IMG/VR virus record: IMGVR_UViG_3300028588_000015
Span: 70,721 to 134,720 of that record
DNA from: a virus
DNA: 64,000 nt
Reading direction: 5' to 3' (one strand)
The notes beneath the pieces are model-generated. The model searched no databases. It was given only the letters and a program-made list of their open reading frames with translations, and was not told where the DNA came from. Made by a program: the position numbers and the translations under genes. Positions 10,401-19,519 of this stretch are shown in pieces (position 1 is the stretch's first letter; each line of letters begins with the position of its first letter).

Positions 10401-13353
10401 TGTCACTCTGCAACGCGGCACGGTGATGGAAAACTTCCGGATGAAGTTTGAAAACAATACGACACTGCTGTTCTCGCCCAGCAACGGCGCTGGCGGCCAA
10501 GCGGCAGACGCATACCTGCGCAATAACCGTATCCTGGTTCAGCGGCCGGGGACCAGTGAAGTGATCCAGTCCGGCGAGTACGCCATCAACTGCCACGTAC
10601 AAAACAATCTGTTCTTGTTGCAAACCCCGGGTATCTATATCAACCTGCGTGATAGCGCGGGTAATGTAACCGGTAACACAGTTATCGCGCAGGGAGCAGC
10701 ATTGGGCAGTGCTGTATTTGCCATGAGTGGTAACTTCGATTACAACAATACGAAAGTGCAGAACAACGTCTTTATTGACGTAGGGGCAGTGCCGTTTAAC
10801 ATCGATGTGAACCGCCCAGCACCTGAACAGGTGTACAGTAACAACTTTACCAACGCAGCGATTAGCGCAGCGGTGGCGCCAGTGTACACAGTCAATACCG
10901 TCGCACCGTTTGTTGCAGATAAAGCAACCGATCTGCGGCCAGTGGTCAACGGTCCTTTGTTCGGAAAAGCGTCTGCGTATGCGACTTCGACGATCGACGG
11001 CGCCGGCCAAAACCGGGGCTTTGCACCGGACGCAGGTGCATTCCAAGCAATTCCGGCCAGCAAATTGCCCATCGTTAAATCGACTGGGCAAACCGTCAGC
11101 GGGCAGTATGTCCGTTATACGGTCAGTGTGCTCAACGAGATTGGTTCGTTGACGGCGCGCATGATCCCCGATGCTGTTGCGCCCGATGGCGCCCAAGAAG
11201 TCGGACCTCTGCCGTTTACCGTGAATGGCGGAACAGCGTATGTGGATATTCTGGTACCAAAGGCGGGTCTGTATGCCCCGGCAGAATTTGTCGCCAGCAA
11301 TGATGGTGGCGTCGTCAAGTCGTATTCCGACCTGCCGCTGCGTGTGGTACCTTTGAAGTCGAGCGCAACATTCGACGATTTTGTCGGGGTGGCCGATGCT
11401 GTCGTGGCGGCTGGTCGACCGACGTTGCCGTTCTTCGGCACTGTCGTTGACTCCGGTGTAAATATCGTCAAGCCATTGGTGATCTTGTCAGTTGACAATG
11501 GTGACTTTTTCGCCGATGGCAGCGTTACGGTTACCGCAAGTGTTGCCAGCCCGATCGGGGTCGACCGGGTTGAACTTCTGCGTAACGGCGTGAAAGTCGA
11601 CACGAAAACGCAGGCACCGTACGCGCTCACCCAGAACTTGACGCGCGCTGATAACGGTACTGTCGTCTACAGTGCCAAAGCGTACGACACCCAAGGTAAC
11701 TTTACGGTAAGTGAAAACTTCCCAATCTATGTGAGGATACCCGCCGCTGGTGCCACGGTACCCACGGTCACGAGCATCGCACTTGTCCCACCGAGTTACG
11801 ATGGCGATGTGGCGCATCTTGAGATTAAGTTCTCGGAAGCGATGAATACCGCGCGTGAATTCGATTACAGCGGTGTTTGGAACTTCGGTATCGATGCTCA
11901 CTTTACCACCGGCTTGACTGCATTCACGGATGCGACGACGCTGCGGATGAATTACGAATACGTGGCCCCCGTGTTGCCCGGGGAGCAGGCGTATTTCAGC
12001 TACCGTAAGGATTTTCTGCACGGCTGGCGTAGTGCGGCTGGGGTGTTGGTGGAATCGTTCGATGGGTTCCCTGTCGTAAATAATCTGCCTGAACAAGGAT
12101 CGCCCGGTGCGTATGAAACATTCACCAATGTGGCCGATGGGGCGAACGTGGCCAGTGTCGGTTGGGATGGCGGAGCGGAAGATACGCAACAAGTGTGGCA
12201 TGCTTCTACGCAACTGGTGCGCGCGGCAGGCGCAGGTGGCGCGTATCCGGCCACCTCGGGACAAATCTTCGCCAGCTTCCGTCGGAAAGGACATGTTGCG
12301 CCTGGATGGGGGTATCGCGATGGCACCGGTGTGGCAGCGTTCTTTAAGTTAACTGCCGCTGGTCAGTCGCCTTACGGCATCGCGATCATGTGTGACGATG
12401 GCAATGACGGCATCAGTAGTTTCGGCCTGGTTGCAGTGCGGGTTGAGGTGACGCCGGACGGCACGCTGCAATTCCGTCACGCTAACAATCGTCGGCCGCC
12501 GCTCGCTTACCCGCCGAAAACCGGCGCAGCGCTCGATGTACTGCAAGAGTATGCGCTGGAGCTGGCCCGTGTTACCACGCAAGCTGAAACAACCTTTGCA
12601 ATGCGGTTGTGGAAAGCCACCAATGGCGTTCGCACTAGCCTGATCAATTCGGCGTCCTGCGTAGTGAACTATAAGGCCATCTTTAACGATGCGCCCATCG
12701 CGAAGCTGTATGTCACGGATGTGTCTGCACCACCGGCACTTCTGACCCGCGTGGAAGAGATCACGAATGCGTTCTCGGCGCGCGAAGTGGTGTCGCTGCT
12801 TCCTACCGGTAACCGCTCCACCTTGACCTCCATCCGTAACATTGTTGCGACCGGTTCCGGTGCTGACATGAGTTACGCGGGTAACGGCGCGGCGCTGTCG
12901 AGCCGGCCCGGCGGTATTTTCGCCATGCGTTTCTTAAATGTAGCGCAGCAATCGGGTATTTTTGCAGATGGCGGCGTATCGGCAGTAGTGGGTGCGGTAG
13001 TGGATAACATCTACCTGGGCGCATTCATCACGCCGTCGGCTGGTGTGTTCCCAACCGAACCTGTGGCCGCAGATAAGATGCACCTCGCTATCTGCGCGCC
13101 TGCCATCGGGCAAGCGTACCAGATTTACACGGAAGGCCGGAATCGTTTGCCCACTAAAAAGATGTTGGTGGCAGAGGGTGACGTCATGCGTGTGCGTACT
13201 TGCGGTCTGGAGGTCTTCTTTGAAGTGAAGAAGAATGATGTCTGGACGCGCATCTTCCGTATCCGCAATGCAGCAGGTGGTCTGACCGACTATTACACTG
13301 CGGCGCAGTTGTTGTTGCCCGGTAATTCGGCAGTATCGGCGATTTACCAGTAA
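7492..13353 (+). CDS. Giant modular tail fibre/adhesin (1953 aa; Ig-like, SwmB-like, beta-helix and repeated beta-sandwich modules)
   Basis: VLNFNEPID/IKFSEAMN...PV.NN SwmB-like repeats; Ig-like domain; N-rich beta-helix ending PDAGAFQ; repeated GD...MRR.G...YAEVSKDNG. Confidence 0.7.
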   Translation: MSDPVYSTPMGDPTRLRELVKVVESGAAPTWVYTPDSGADAPAYGQGGLFPSFIKAGTDGSIAVRFTGFQNATIAFISDKTKRWDGATPWRIDTYQAGHAYKPVLYGNYLTDGPNVNAEGGDIVQMRRTGTTVYAEVSKDNGATWINIYTWPNVDPDMDLYGEVGVFYWMSRAEGVWAKGLDSQVNPVAPTPPVLASAIASNVAGMGRVVLNFNEPIDKSKIPDKSAFSVSGHTVAAATNMASLANAIALDVTGLIALGEVVTVTYVAPATNSIIDLDGTPGNSFGPVVAINNVPRPLGVRRRLGYVPPGIAEGGVAPNWTYANTDGNYTTWANTAQALNRMPAGRDGSFELVIGNYANGSFIGLTASSQVNTLPEYSLNIYQFGYPYTLSAGSDAAAVAVLAAPGDICRMRRLGNRIYAEVSKDNGDSYTVVGTWSNTPQVDLYGEVSLAFNTNISAVYSTGFVAATAYDVFVDKARDLDLRGKSWTAEQVSYLNTSVATLAPDGSGGLYKQSNAATLGLAWTQRNEDAGSAVFFTHDGGSYAAIPQLVVASNLLETYTDGIRCSFTDGGFLLEEITNGAVGAMVSNTLALVAGEKYCLEIGQADTVSDKDFVLRISTVVAGERGLLVAYALLNARNAHPGKNAGLLSSAVDSAFDTVTRIETLAQTIPVRMVPSKLLIEAASNQVTQGFSQRLTVRTDQSLAAFESVEVNITDNAGGQFDVANFTLSGTNQLQQVNWRPSNVIGARTLTAQQVTGLDVDDGSLHFEVTVPIPASALVYTGEKEVELGKTLKFVLSTNQPLLVGDTEAYTVSLVGTGSVAPMSGTLNNGDLSQELEFTPQTVGVTKIKFTPMGSPVLPALEVQVTVKPRSPTFVKGINVYEVGIGHQFATAKQASAYIADKKLVDTQAKVYFEYYGDHYFDTDFVAGNTSQEYNITHRPAAGEGYLDKATSGLFHYPDAGTELTFPGSYVTLQRGTVMENFRMKFENNTTLLFSPSNGAGGQAADAYLRNNRILVQRPGTSEVIQSGEYAINCHVQNNLFLLQTPGIYINLRDSAGNVTGNTVIAQGAALGSAVFAMSGNFDYNNTKVQNNVFIDVGAVPFNIDVNRPAPEQVYSNNFTNAAISAAVAPVYTVNTVAPFVADKATDLRPVVNGPLFGKASAYATSTIDGAGQNRGFAPDAGAFQAIPASKLPIVKSTGQTVSGQYVRYTVSVLNEIGSLTARMIPDAVAPDGAQEVGPLPFTVNGGTAYVDILVPKAGLYAPAEFVASNDGGVVKSYSDLPLRVVPLKSSATFDDFVGVADAVVAAGRPTLPFFGTVVDSGVNIVKPLVILSVDNGDFFADGSVTVTASVASPIGVDRVELLRNGVKVDTKTQAPYALTQNLTRADNGTVVYSAKAYDTQGNFTVSENFPIYVRIPAAGATVPTVTSIALVPPSYDGDVAHLEIKFSEAMNTAREFDYSGVWNFGIDAHFTTGLTAFTDATTLRMNYEYVAPVLPGEQAYFSYRKDFLHGWRSAAGVLVESFDGFPVVNNLPEQGSPGAYETFTNVADGANVASVGWDGGAEDTQQVWHASTQLVRAAGAGGAYPATSGQIFASFRRKGHVAPGWGYRDGTGVAAFFKLTAAGQSPYGIAIMCDDGNDGISSFGLVAVRVEVTPDGTLQFRHANNRRPPLAYPPKTGAALDVLQEYALELARVTTQAETTFAMRLWKATNGVRTSLINSASCVVNYKAIFNDAPIAKLYVTDVSAPPALLTRVEEITNAFSAREVVSLLPTGNRSTLTSIRNIVATGSGADMSYAGNGAALSSRPGGIFAMRFLNVAQQSGIFADGGVSAVVGAVVDNIYLGAFITPSAGVFPTEPVAADKMHLAICAPAIGQAYQIYTEGRNRLPTKKMLVAEGDVMRVRTCGLEVFFEVKKNDVWTRIFRIRNAAGGLTDYYTAAQLLLPGNSAVSAIYQ

Positions 13354-13362
13354 CTTGAAGTA

Positions 13363-13403
13363 ACCGCATAAAGGCCGGCCATAGAGGCCGGCCTTTATGC
13401 GGT
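13363..13403. terminator. Symmetric hairpin with TTTATGC in both arms
   Basis: ACCGCATAAAGGCCGGCC-ATAGA-GGCCGGCCTTTATGCGGT. Confidence 0.75.
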
Positions 13404-13495
13404 AATGGTTAGATTCAAACAAAATATGGCCACATATTCTCCGTGTAGCATGAAGCACTATTGATGCTTCGACTACATTCATTAGTTAGGAGGAG

Positions 13496-14617
13496 ATGGA
13501 CATGAGTATCAAACAAACTATTGGACACCGTATTTCGATCCTGCGCACGCTCTTGATTTTGTGCGTTGTATTTCTTCACACCGTACTTGCGCCGAACATC
13601 CTGAAGGTGGATTTGACCGATTTTCAAACTGTCTTATCCTGCATCTTTCAAGACCGCTTAGGGCGTTTTGCAGTGCCGACCCTCACGATGATTTCGGCGT
13701 ATCTGTTGTTCGGTGCGAATCTGGACCAAGCACCGGGTAAGCTCTATAAGAAGAAATTTGCAACGCTTGTGGTGCCGTTTTTCTTCTTCAATGTTTTGTA
13801 CTTCGCTGTTGTGTATGCGGTGGCGACTGTAACGGGCATTGGTAGCTTGCAAGAGGTGGTCCATAAAAACCACGAACAGATCATCAACGCATTAACCGGA
13901 TACAACGGTATGCCACTCAATGGTGCCACGCATTTTCTGCGTGATTTGTTCGTACTGGTGCTGTTGACGCCGGTGTTCAGTTTCTTTCTGCGCCGCGCCC
14001 CGTTGGTTGGTTGCTTCCTTATTGGCTTGGTGTTTTTAACCAACATGGATGGTAACTTGATCCAGCGCAATACCATGGCAGTAATGTTCTATCTTGGCGG
14101 CTGGTGTGCGGTCAGCAAAACTGATGTCACGATACTGGACAAGCATGCGGCCTTGGCGTGTGTTATCCTGCTGTTGGCCTGCACACTGTCGGTGTTCCTG
14201 CGCATCGACAACCGGATGATTTATCTGCTCTCGCCTTTCTTGGTCTGGAGTGCAGCGTCGAAACTGGTTGGCACCGCGCTGGGTAACTGGGCGGCTAAAA
14301 ACAGCAAATACAGCTTTTTTGTGTTTCTTGCCCATGCACCGATGCTGCACGTTTTGGACTTGCTGCACGTCAATTCGATTGCACCAAAACTGCCATTGGT
14401 TTCTTCTGCCATCGAAACTGCGGTTGTTTTTATCGTGCTGGCAGCAGTCTACGATATCGCAGCAAAACGTATGCCTTCATTGTTTAACATCATGATCGGC
14501 GCACGTGTTAAAACCGTGGTCATCGCGGATCGTCGCCGTCAGCCACGTCCCGATGGTGCCCCGGTATTTTCCCCAGAATACCGGACGTCGTTCATTTCCA
14601 ATCTTTCTTTTCGTTAA
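13496..14617 (+). CDS. Membrane acyltransferase family 3 (ExoH/OafA-like)
   Basis: RISILR...VVFLH, GRFAVP...ISAYL, KKFATLVVPF, HFLRDL and YSFFVFLAH motifs; about 10 hydrophobic segments. Confidence 0.85.
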   Translation: MDMSIKQTIGHRISILRTLLILCVVFLHTVLAPNILKVDLTDFQTVLSCIFQDRLGRFAVPTLTMISAYLLFGANLDQAPGKLYKKKFATLVVPFFFFNVLYFAVVYAVATVTGIGSLQEVVHKNHEQIINALTGYNGMPLNGATHFLRDLFVLVLLTPVFSFFLRRAPLVGCFLIGLVFLTNMDGNLIQRNTMAVMFYLGGWCAVSKTDVTILDKHAALACVILLLACTLSVFLRIDNRMIYLLSPFLVWSAASKLVGTALGNWAAKNSKYSFFVFLAHAPMLHVLDLLHVNSIAPKLPLVSSAIETAVVFIVLAAVYDIAAKRMPSLFNIMIGARVKTVVIADRRRQPRPDGAPVFSPEYRTSFISNLSFR

Positions 14618-14763
14618 GGAGAATACCGTGAAAAAATGACCGCATAGCAATTGTCAGTTATTGCTTTAGTGTAAATTTTAACTGACGTTTGTCTATAGTG
14701 TGGATGTATTCAACCGCCTGGTTGAGTACACTCTACTCCCTTCACCAGAACTAGGAGCTTTCC

Positions 14764-15222
14764 ATGCAAAAATCGCGCACTCTGCGAGCGCGTACCTTCG
14801 TGGCCCTCGCCATGATTGCCGCGCTCGCGTTCTTCACCCATTCGCCGCCAGCCCAATCGACCAGCTCCGGCGCCGAGACCGTGAAATCCATCTACCCGAC
14901 CCAGACCGAAGGTGCCGGCATCGCCGCCACCAAGATCGACATCGCACCGGCCGCGGCCGTGGCTGATCGCGCCGTGCCCCGAACGCCGGCCGCGAACATC
15001 GATCTGGAAAAAATGCTGACCTCGACCGACACCCTGGCCATCGTCTCGGGCGCCGAACCGGCCGCCGCGTTCGACTCCCGATTGCGGGGCTCGACCAAGA
15101 GCGAATTGACCATGTACACCGACCTGTCGACCAACAGCATCCACAGCCACGGCGCCGGCGGTACGGAACCGGGCGGGCGATTGCGCCGCTCGATCCTGCT
15201 GACCCGTACCGACCTGACCTGA
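14764..15222 (+). CDS. Secreted/periplasmic hypothetical protein, GC-rich
   Basis: AGGAG RBS; basic N-terminus plus hydrophobic signal peptide; strong C/G third-position bias. Confidence 0.65.
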   Translation: MQKSRTLRARTFVALAMIAALAFFTHSPPAQSTSSGAETVKSIYPTQTEGAGIAATKIDIAPAAAVADRAVPRTPAANIDLEKMLTSTDTLAIVSGAEPAAAFDSRLRGSTKSELTMYTDLSTNSIHSHGAGGTEPGGRLRRSILLTRTDLT

Positions 15223-15560
15223 CCTGCCGCCGGCCTGGGCCGCCGCGACGCCCGCGAGAGGGTTGCTCCCGGCTGTTCCATTGCCACAAGTCCCTGTCCG
15301 CTGCTGTGGACAGGGCACCTTTCCTGGACCTCTGAAATAGGCCAGGTTCGACCGAACGCAGATGCCTTCTCGGGCTTGCGAGCCCCTGAACTGGGCGCTG
15401 CCGGTCAACTCGCGCAGCAGGCCGCGGCCGATCGGCGGAATCAATGTCGATGCGGTATCGCCGCCTACTGCGCGCGCTTCTCGACCAAATCCACTGTGAC
15501 GGGACACAGTTCACCACCGAATCGGATTAGCTACCCGGTTCATAACGACAACCACTGAGG
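15223..15560 (+). ncRNA. Candidate structured RNA / long 3' UTR
   Basis: Run of hairpins (CCCTGTCC/GGACAGGG, CCTGG/CCAGG, GGGCT/AGCCC, GGCGG/CCGCC, GAATCGG/CCGGTTC) ahead of the hairpin at 15601. Confidence 0.4.
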
Positions 15561-15600
15561 GTGATAGCCAAATCATGCCTCACGGGTTTTTGGAAACCAA

Positions 15601-15648
15601 ATAAAGGCCGAGAGACTACGCGTACATAGTCTCTCGGCCTTTATGCCG
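15601..15648 (+). terminator. Hairpin with TTTATGCCG tail
   Basis: ATAAAGGCCGAGAGACTA...TAGTCTCTCGGCCTTTAT-GCCG. Confidence 0.75.
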
Positions 15649-15702
15649 CTTACCTATCCTATGTTAATTTACTCACCCTTTGCCTGGATAGATAGGTGCC
15701 CC

Positions 15703-16233
15703 ATGTTTGTTTCTGATTTCACCAAATCCCCTGAAGAAGTGGTGATCGACCTCATCAACTTCGACAATGGCAAGAACTTCACACCGGCGACCTTGCGGAT
15801 CGTAGATGTGCCGCTTGCTATCCCCAAATCCCCCCCGATTTTCCGCAACACCGAAATTGTGGTGACCGCCCCTGTCGCGGTAAAGAAGCGCGGTCAAGCG
15901 CGCCTCTGGTATAACCGCATTGATCTCAACACGGTGCCCGCCAATCGCAGCACGGTCTTTGAAACGCCCACAAAAATTACCAAACTGAGCGAAGTCATCC
16001 CGGCCGTCAACGAACGGTATCGGATCAACCTCACGCCCGCTGATTATATCGACGTCCCGATGACAGTTCTGGATTTTGAACCGGTGAAAGTGACGATTCA
16101 AACTGCACCTCACTCGTTGGTTTACATCGGTTATCTGGAAATCGATGTCGTGGCACTGCCGGTCGATGTACCACCTATCGGTTCGGTCTTCCTCAACCGC
16201 TTCTTGGACATCTTCAAGTACTTCGCCAAATAA
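15703..16233 (+). CDS. phiKZ-like virion structural protein, paralog of 474..1001
   Basis: DLINFDN, RNTEIVV, WYNRIDL and SLVYIG motifs. Confidence 0.7.
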   Translation: MFVSDFTKSPEEVVIDLINFDNGKNFTPATLRIVDVPLAIPKSPPIFRNTEIVVTAPVAVKKRGQARLWYNRIDLNTVPANRSTVFETPTKITKLSEVIPAVNERYRINLTPADYIDVPMTVLDFEPVKVTIQTAPHSLVYIGYLEIDVVALPVDVPPIGSVFLNRFLDIFKYFAK

Positions 16234-16238
16234 GTGTA

Positions 16239-16274
16239 ATAAAGAGACAGGGGCACCCCTGTCTCTTTATGCCG
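16239..16274 (+). terminator. Hairpin with TTTATGCCG tail
   Basis: ATAAAGAGACAGGG...CCCTGTCTCTTTAT-GCCG. Confidence 0.75.
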
Positions 16275-16346
16275 AATGAAAGAAAAATACTTTGCTCGGT
16301 TATCTAATGTGAAAGGGTATAACCGCTATTTTTCTTTGGAGTCGTG

Positions 16347-16712
16347 ATGCGTAAATTCATCAAAAACATGCGCCACTGGTGGCCAGAACTTAAGCTGTGG
16401 TGGCGTGTCAAAAGAACCCCACTCCAGATCATTGACACCGAAGAATACTACAGTGATTATGATCTGGAAATTCTGACACTGTGGGGCGCGCACGCCATTG
16501 TAGTGCACGAATATAAACTCATGGGTGCGATCATCCGTACCGAGGAAATGGTCAAGGTCAATCATCCGCAGTTGCTGCGCGATAAGACCATGGCGGCTGA
16601 TTTTTTGATCAAGCACTATCAAAAGTTTCAGTTTGTTGTAAAGTCTGTTACTTTCCCGCAAAAGGACGGTAGCATGCTGTATTTCCCTGTCGGTCTTCCG
16701 GCAGTTCATTAA
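16347..16712 (+). CDS. Hypothetical protein
   Basis: GGAG RBS; fits operon. Confidence 0.55.
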   Translation: MRKFIKNMRHWWPELKLWWRVKRTPLQIIDTEEYYSDYDLEILTLWGAHAIVVHEYKLMGAIIRTEEMVKVNHPQLLRDKTMAADFLIKHYQKFQFVVKSVTFPQKDGSMLYFPVGLPAVH

Positions 16713-16737
16713 CTATAAAGAAAGAGGAGTTTCAATC

Positions 16738-17202
16738 ATGTTTGGTCTTTTTAAACGCAACAAAATCAATCTCAACATCCGCTTCCATACGGCTTCGGCG
16801 GGCCTACCGGAACATGGTACCCTGTTGGTCACCCACCGCGACCATGGGCTGGAAAAGAAGCCGGTGCGTTTCTCGTTCGTCGACGTGGCCACGCCGCCGC
16901 AACTGGACCGCGCCGTGTTCAACTACATCTACGACAAGGCCGAGGCCGCAGGCTTCCAGGTGCACAGCTTGCACTCGTACGCCAATGTGGCGGTGAGCAC
17001 TGCCCAGAGAGCTGCTGCCCGGCAGGCAGTGCTCGACAGTCCGAACGCAAAAGCGATCCGGGCATGGGCGGAAGAACAAAAGCCCAAGGCACCGCCCAGC
17101 GAACAATCGAACATGCAGGGTTTTGGTCGAAGCGGCCAAGTCGATACGATCGGTGCCGGCGCCAAGGGTATGCCGTACGATGAATTCAAGAAAGGGGCAT
17201 GA
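16738..17202 (+). CDS. Hypothetical protein, probable tandem paralog of the next gene
   Basis: GAGGAG RBS; shares N...FH.......G and [IY]......G[FY].V pattern with 17204..17593. Confidence 0.65.
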   Translation: MFGLFKRNKINLNIRFHTASAGLPEHGTLLVTHRDHGLEKKPVRFSFVDVATPPQLDRAVFNYIYDKAEAAGFQVHSLHSYANVAVSTAQRAAARQAVLDSPNAKAIRAWAEEQKPKAPPSEQSNMQGFGRSGQVDTIGAGAKGMPYDEFKKGA

Positions 17203-17203
17203 T

Positions 17204-17593
17204 ATGCGAATGGCTTACCGCAACGATTTCACCGCCGTGCTCGACATCTTCATGATGCTCTTGACCTGGTTCTTCAAGTCGTTTGACAACACGGTCACGT
17301 TCGTCATGCATGTGTTCAATTTCAACGTGGTGGTCGGCTTTCACAGCAACCTCGACCCGAAGAAATGCTACGGCGTGGCGTTCTACAATACGCCGAATGG
17401 TACGCAGTCACGGCCCTTCACAGTGGACCGGCCGGAGAATCTGGACGAGCCGCCGCCAGTCACCATCAAGTCAATCTTTTCACAGATCAAGCAGATGGGT
17501 TACGACGTGGTCCAAATCGAGGTGCGAACGGACCGCGAACTTCGGGTGTATCGAGATGGTGTCGAGCGCCCGCTTTTAGTGCAGGAGCGTTAA
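17204..17593 (+). CDS. Hypothetical protein
   Basis: Starts 1 nt after the upstream stop; paralog-like pattern. Confidence 0.6.
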   Translation: MRMAYRNDFTAVLDIFMMLLTWFFKSFDNTVTFVMHVFNFNVVVGFHSNLDPKKCYGVAFYNTPNGTQSRPFTVDRPENLDEPPPVTIKSIFSQIKQMGYDVVQIEVRTDRELRVYRDGVERPLLVQER

Positions 17594-17603
17594 AGGAGGT
17601 AAT

Positions 17604-18029
17604 GTGGAAAAACGAATGGACGAAGATTTGGAAGCGGCCAACGCCGAGAAGAAGCGGGTGGAGAAGTTGTTGGGTTTGCCGCCTGGCCCCGAGTATATCG
17701 GCACCTTTTCGGTCGACCAAGCAACCCACCCTGACTTCAAGGATAAGACAGCGGTTGATTGGGCTGTCGAGTTTGCGGTGGATGGTATCCTTAATGACAG
17801 CACACGGGTCAAGCATCAGAAGCTCGACGATATCGCACGTGTGCTGAAAGGAACGCCTGTCGATGTTGTCGAAAAGCGCTGGGACGATGGCACAATCGAA
17901 CACGTTCCAACGCTCGGTGCGCCATCTGAAGACTACATCAGTCTGCGCCAAGAACTGGCCAATCAAGGCTATAGCTTTCAGCTGGATGATGGCTTGCCAG
18001 AACCAAACGACGATGACGACGACCTGTAA
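17604..18029 (+). CDS. Hypothetical acidic protein
   Basis: AGGAGG RBS; followed by terminator 18043-18073. Confidence 0.6.
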   Translation: MEKRMDEDLEAANAEKKRVEKLLGLPPGPEYIGTFSVDQATHPDFKDKTAVDWAVEFAVDGILNDSTRVKHQKLDDIARVLKGTPVDVVEKRWDDGTIEHVPTLGAPSEDYISLRQELANQGYSFQLDDGLPEPNDDDDDL

Positions 18030-18101
18030 TAGGCCGTCATACAAAGCTACCCGAGATTCGGGTAGCTTTTTTTCTTTGTTCTCAACTAGGGAAATAAAAA
18101 A

Positions 18102-19451
18102 ATGCTCGACACCTTTAGCTTTTATTTCACCGCGTATTCTAAAGCGGTGGCCAGTAACCCCATGTTGGCAGGCTTCGCCCTGTATTTCACGGGCGCACTC
18201 ACATACCTTGCACGCAATCTCCCCAGGGCACTCTGGGACTGGCTGAGCCATGCGCTCACTACCAGCATGGAGATGAACAACAGTGGCTACAGTGCGGAAG
18301 AGACCCACTTCAATTCCTTCCTCATCTGGTTCATGCAGTCTCGCTGGTCGAAGTGGAGCCGCAACATTTACAGCGGCGTGGGTCACACCAACAACACGTG
18401 GGGTTCTTTCATCGGCCCAGGCCGTGGGCGCCATTTTTTCTTTCTCAACGGCCGCCTGTTCTGGTTCTATAAACGCTCGGTGGATTCACAGGGCACCAAC
18501 AAACAAAAAGAAGAAATCACGATCCACACACTGGGGCGCAAACAACAACCCTTGATCGACTTGATCAATCTCTTTGAAGTCAAAGAAACCGACGATACCA
18601 CTGCGGTGTATTGTTACAGTAAAAATTCATGGGATTTGGTGGCGCGCATTCCAAAGCGAGGCTTCGAGACGGTCTGTATTGATCCGGAAATCAAGAGTCA
18701 GCTGATTGAGCGCCTCGACCGGTTCGACCAGAACGAAGCCTGGTACCGCAGTAAAGGTATCCCCTACAAATCGACCAACCTGCTCTATGGTCCCCCGGGC
18801 ACCGGTAAAAGTACCATCACCAAAGCGGTGGCGAGTCGGTATAACCGTTCACTCTGTCTTCTCGATTTGAGTGCGATGAGTAACCGGATGCTGCAAGATG
18901 CACTGGCGTCGATGCCGAGTAAGGCAGTGCTGCTACTCGAAGACATCACGGAAGCCACCAATGCCGTAAAGGGCCAAGACGGTGGCCGTCGCACCGGCGA
19001 TCGCCCAAAAGCGGAAACAGACGAAAACGTAACGGTAACGGAAGATGCGCCGGCATTACCTAAAATACCTAGCAGTATCGATGAAATGCTGGGTACGGGT
19101 TTGACTTTGTCCGGTATCCTTAACGCGCTCGACGGTATCATTCCACTCAACGACGTCATCGTCATGATGACCACCAACCACTTCGAAAAGCTGGCAGGAT
19201 CGCTAATTCGTGGTGGTCGGGTCGATCACAAGTATTACATCGGCTACATGACCAACGACGAAATTCACGAATACGTGGCACTCATGTACCCGGGTCAAGC
19301 GTACGACCCCACGATCGTTTTCCAAAGAGCGCTCGGCTGCGATATCTTCACTGCCTTCATGGAAAGTCCACACGACCTCAAGAGCTTCCTCAAGGGAGTG
19401 TCTTATCTCCAACATGCGCCATCAAGCGCGGCGAGCGAAGCACTTTCGTAA
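18102..19451 (+). CDS. BCS1-like AAA+ ATPase
   Basis: N-terminal TM helix; PGRGRHFF BCS1_N-like motif; WY...GIPYK, GPPGTGKS, LLLEDI, LSGILNALDG, TTNH, RGGRVD. Confidence 0.9.
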   Translation: MLDTFSFYFTAYSKAVASNPMLAGFALYFTGALTYLARNLPRALWDWLSHALTTSMEMNNSGYSAEETHFNSFLIWFMQSRWSKWSRNIYSGVGHTNNTWGSFIGPGRGRHFFFLNGRLFWFYKRSVDSQGTNKQKEEITIHTLGRKQQPLIDLINLFEVKETDDTTAVYCYSKNSWDLVARIPKRGFETVCIDPEIKSQLIERLDRFDQNEAWYRSKGIPYKSTNLLYGPPGTGKSTITKAVASRYNRSLCLLDLSAMSNRMLQDALASMPSKAVLLLEDITEATNAVKGQDGGRRTGDRPKAETDENVTVTEDAPALPKIPSSIDEMLGTGLTLSGILNALDGIIPLNDVIVMMTTNHFEKLAGSLIRGGRVDHKYYIGYMTNDEIHEYVALMYPGQAYDPTIVFQRALGCDIFTAFMESPHDLKSFLKGVSYLQHAPSSAASEALS

Positions 19452-19474
19452 ACCAGAATAAAACAAATCGAGGT

Positions 19475-19484
19475 CACATATTAC
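19475..19484 (+). promoter_or_regulatory. CACATATYAC putative phage early promoter (copies at 13431, 33362, 41230, 44024, 51569, 53920)
   Basis: Recurrent intergenic motif upstream of operon starts; resembles phiKZ early TATATTAC. Confidence 0.6.
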
Positions 19485-19519
19485 CAAAGTGACCTCTACT
19501 CTGTATTGGAGAATAAGAA

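Noticed and set aside
15220..15260. Selenocysteine recoding of the TGA
   Set aside because: No convincing SECIS geometry and no redox motif around the codon.
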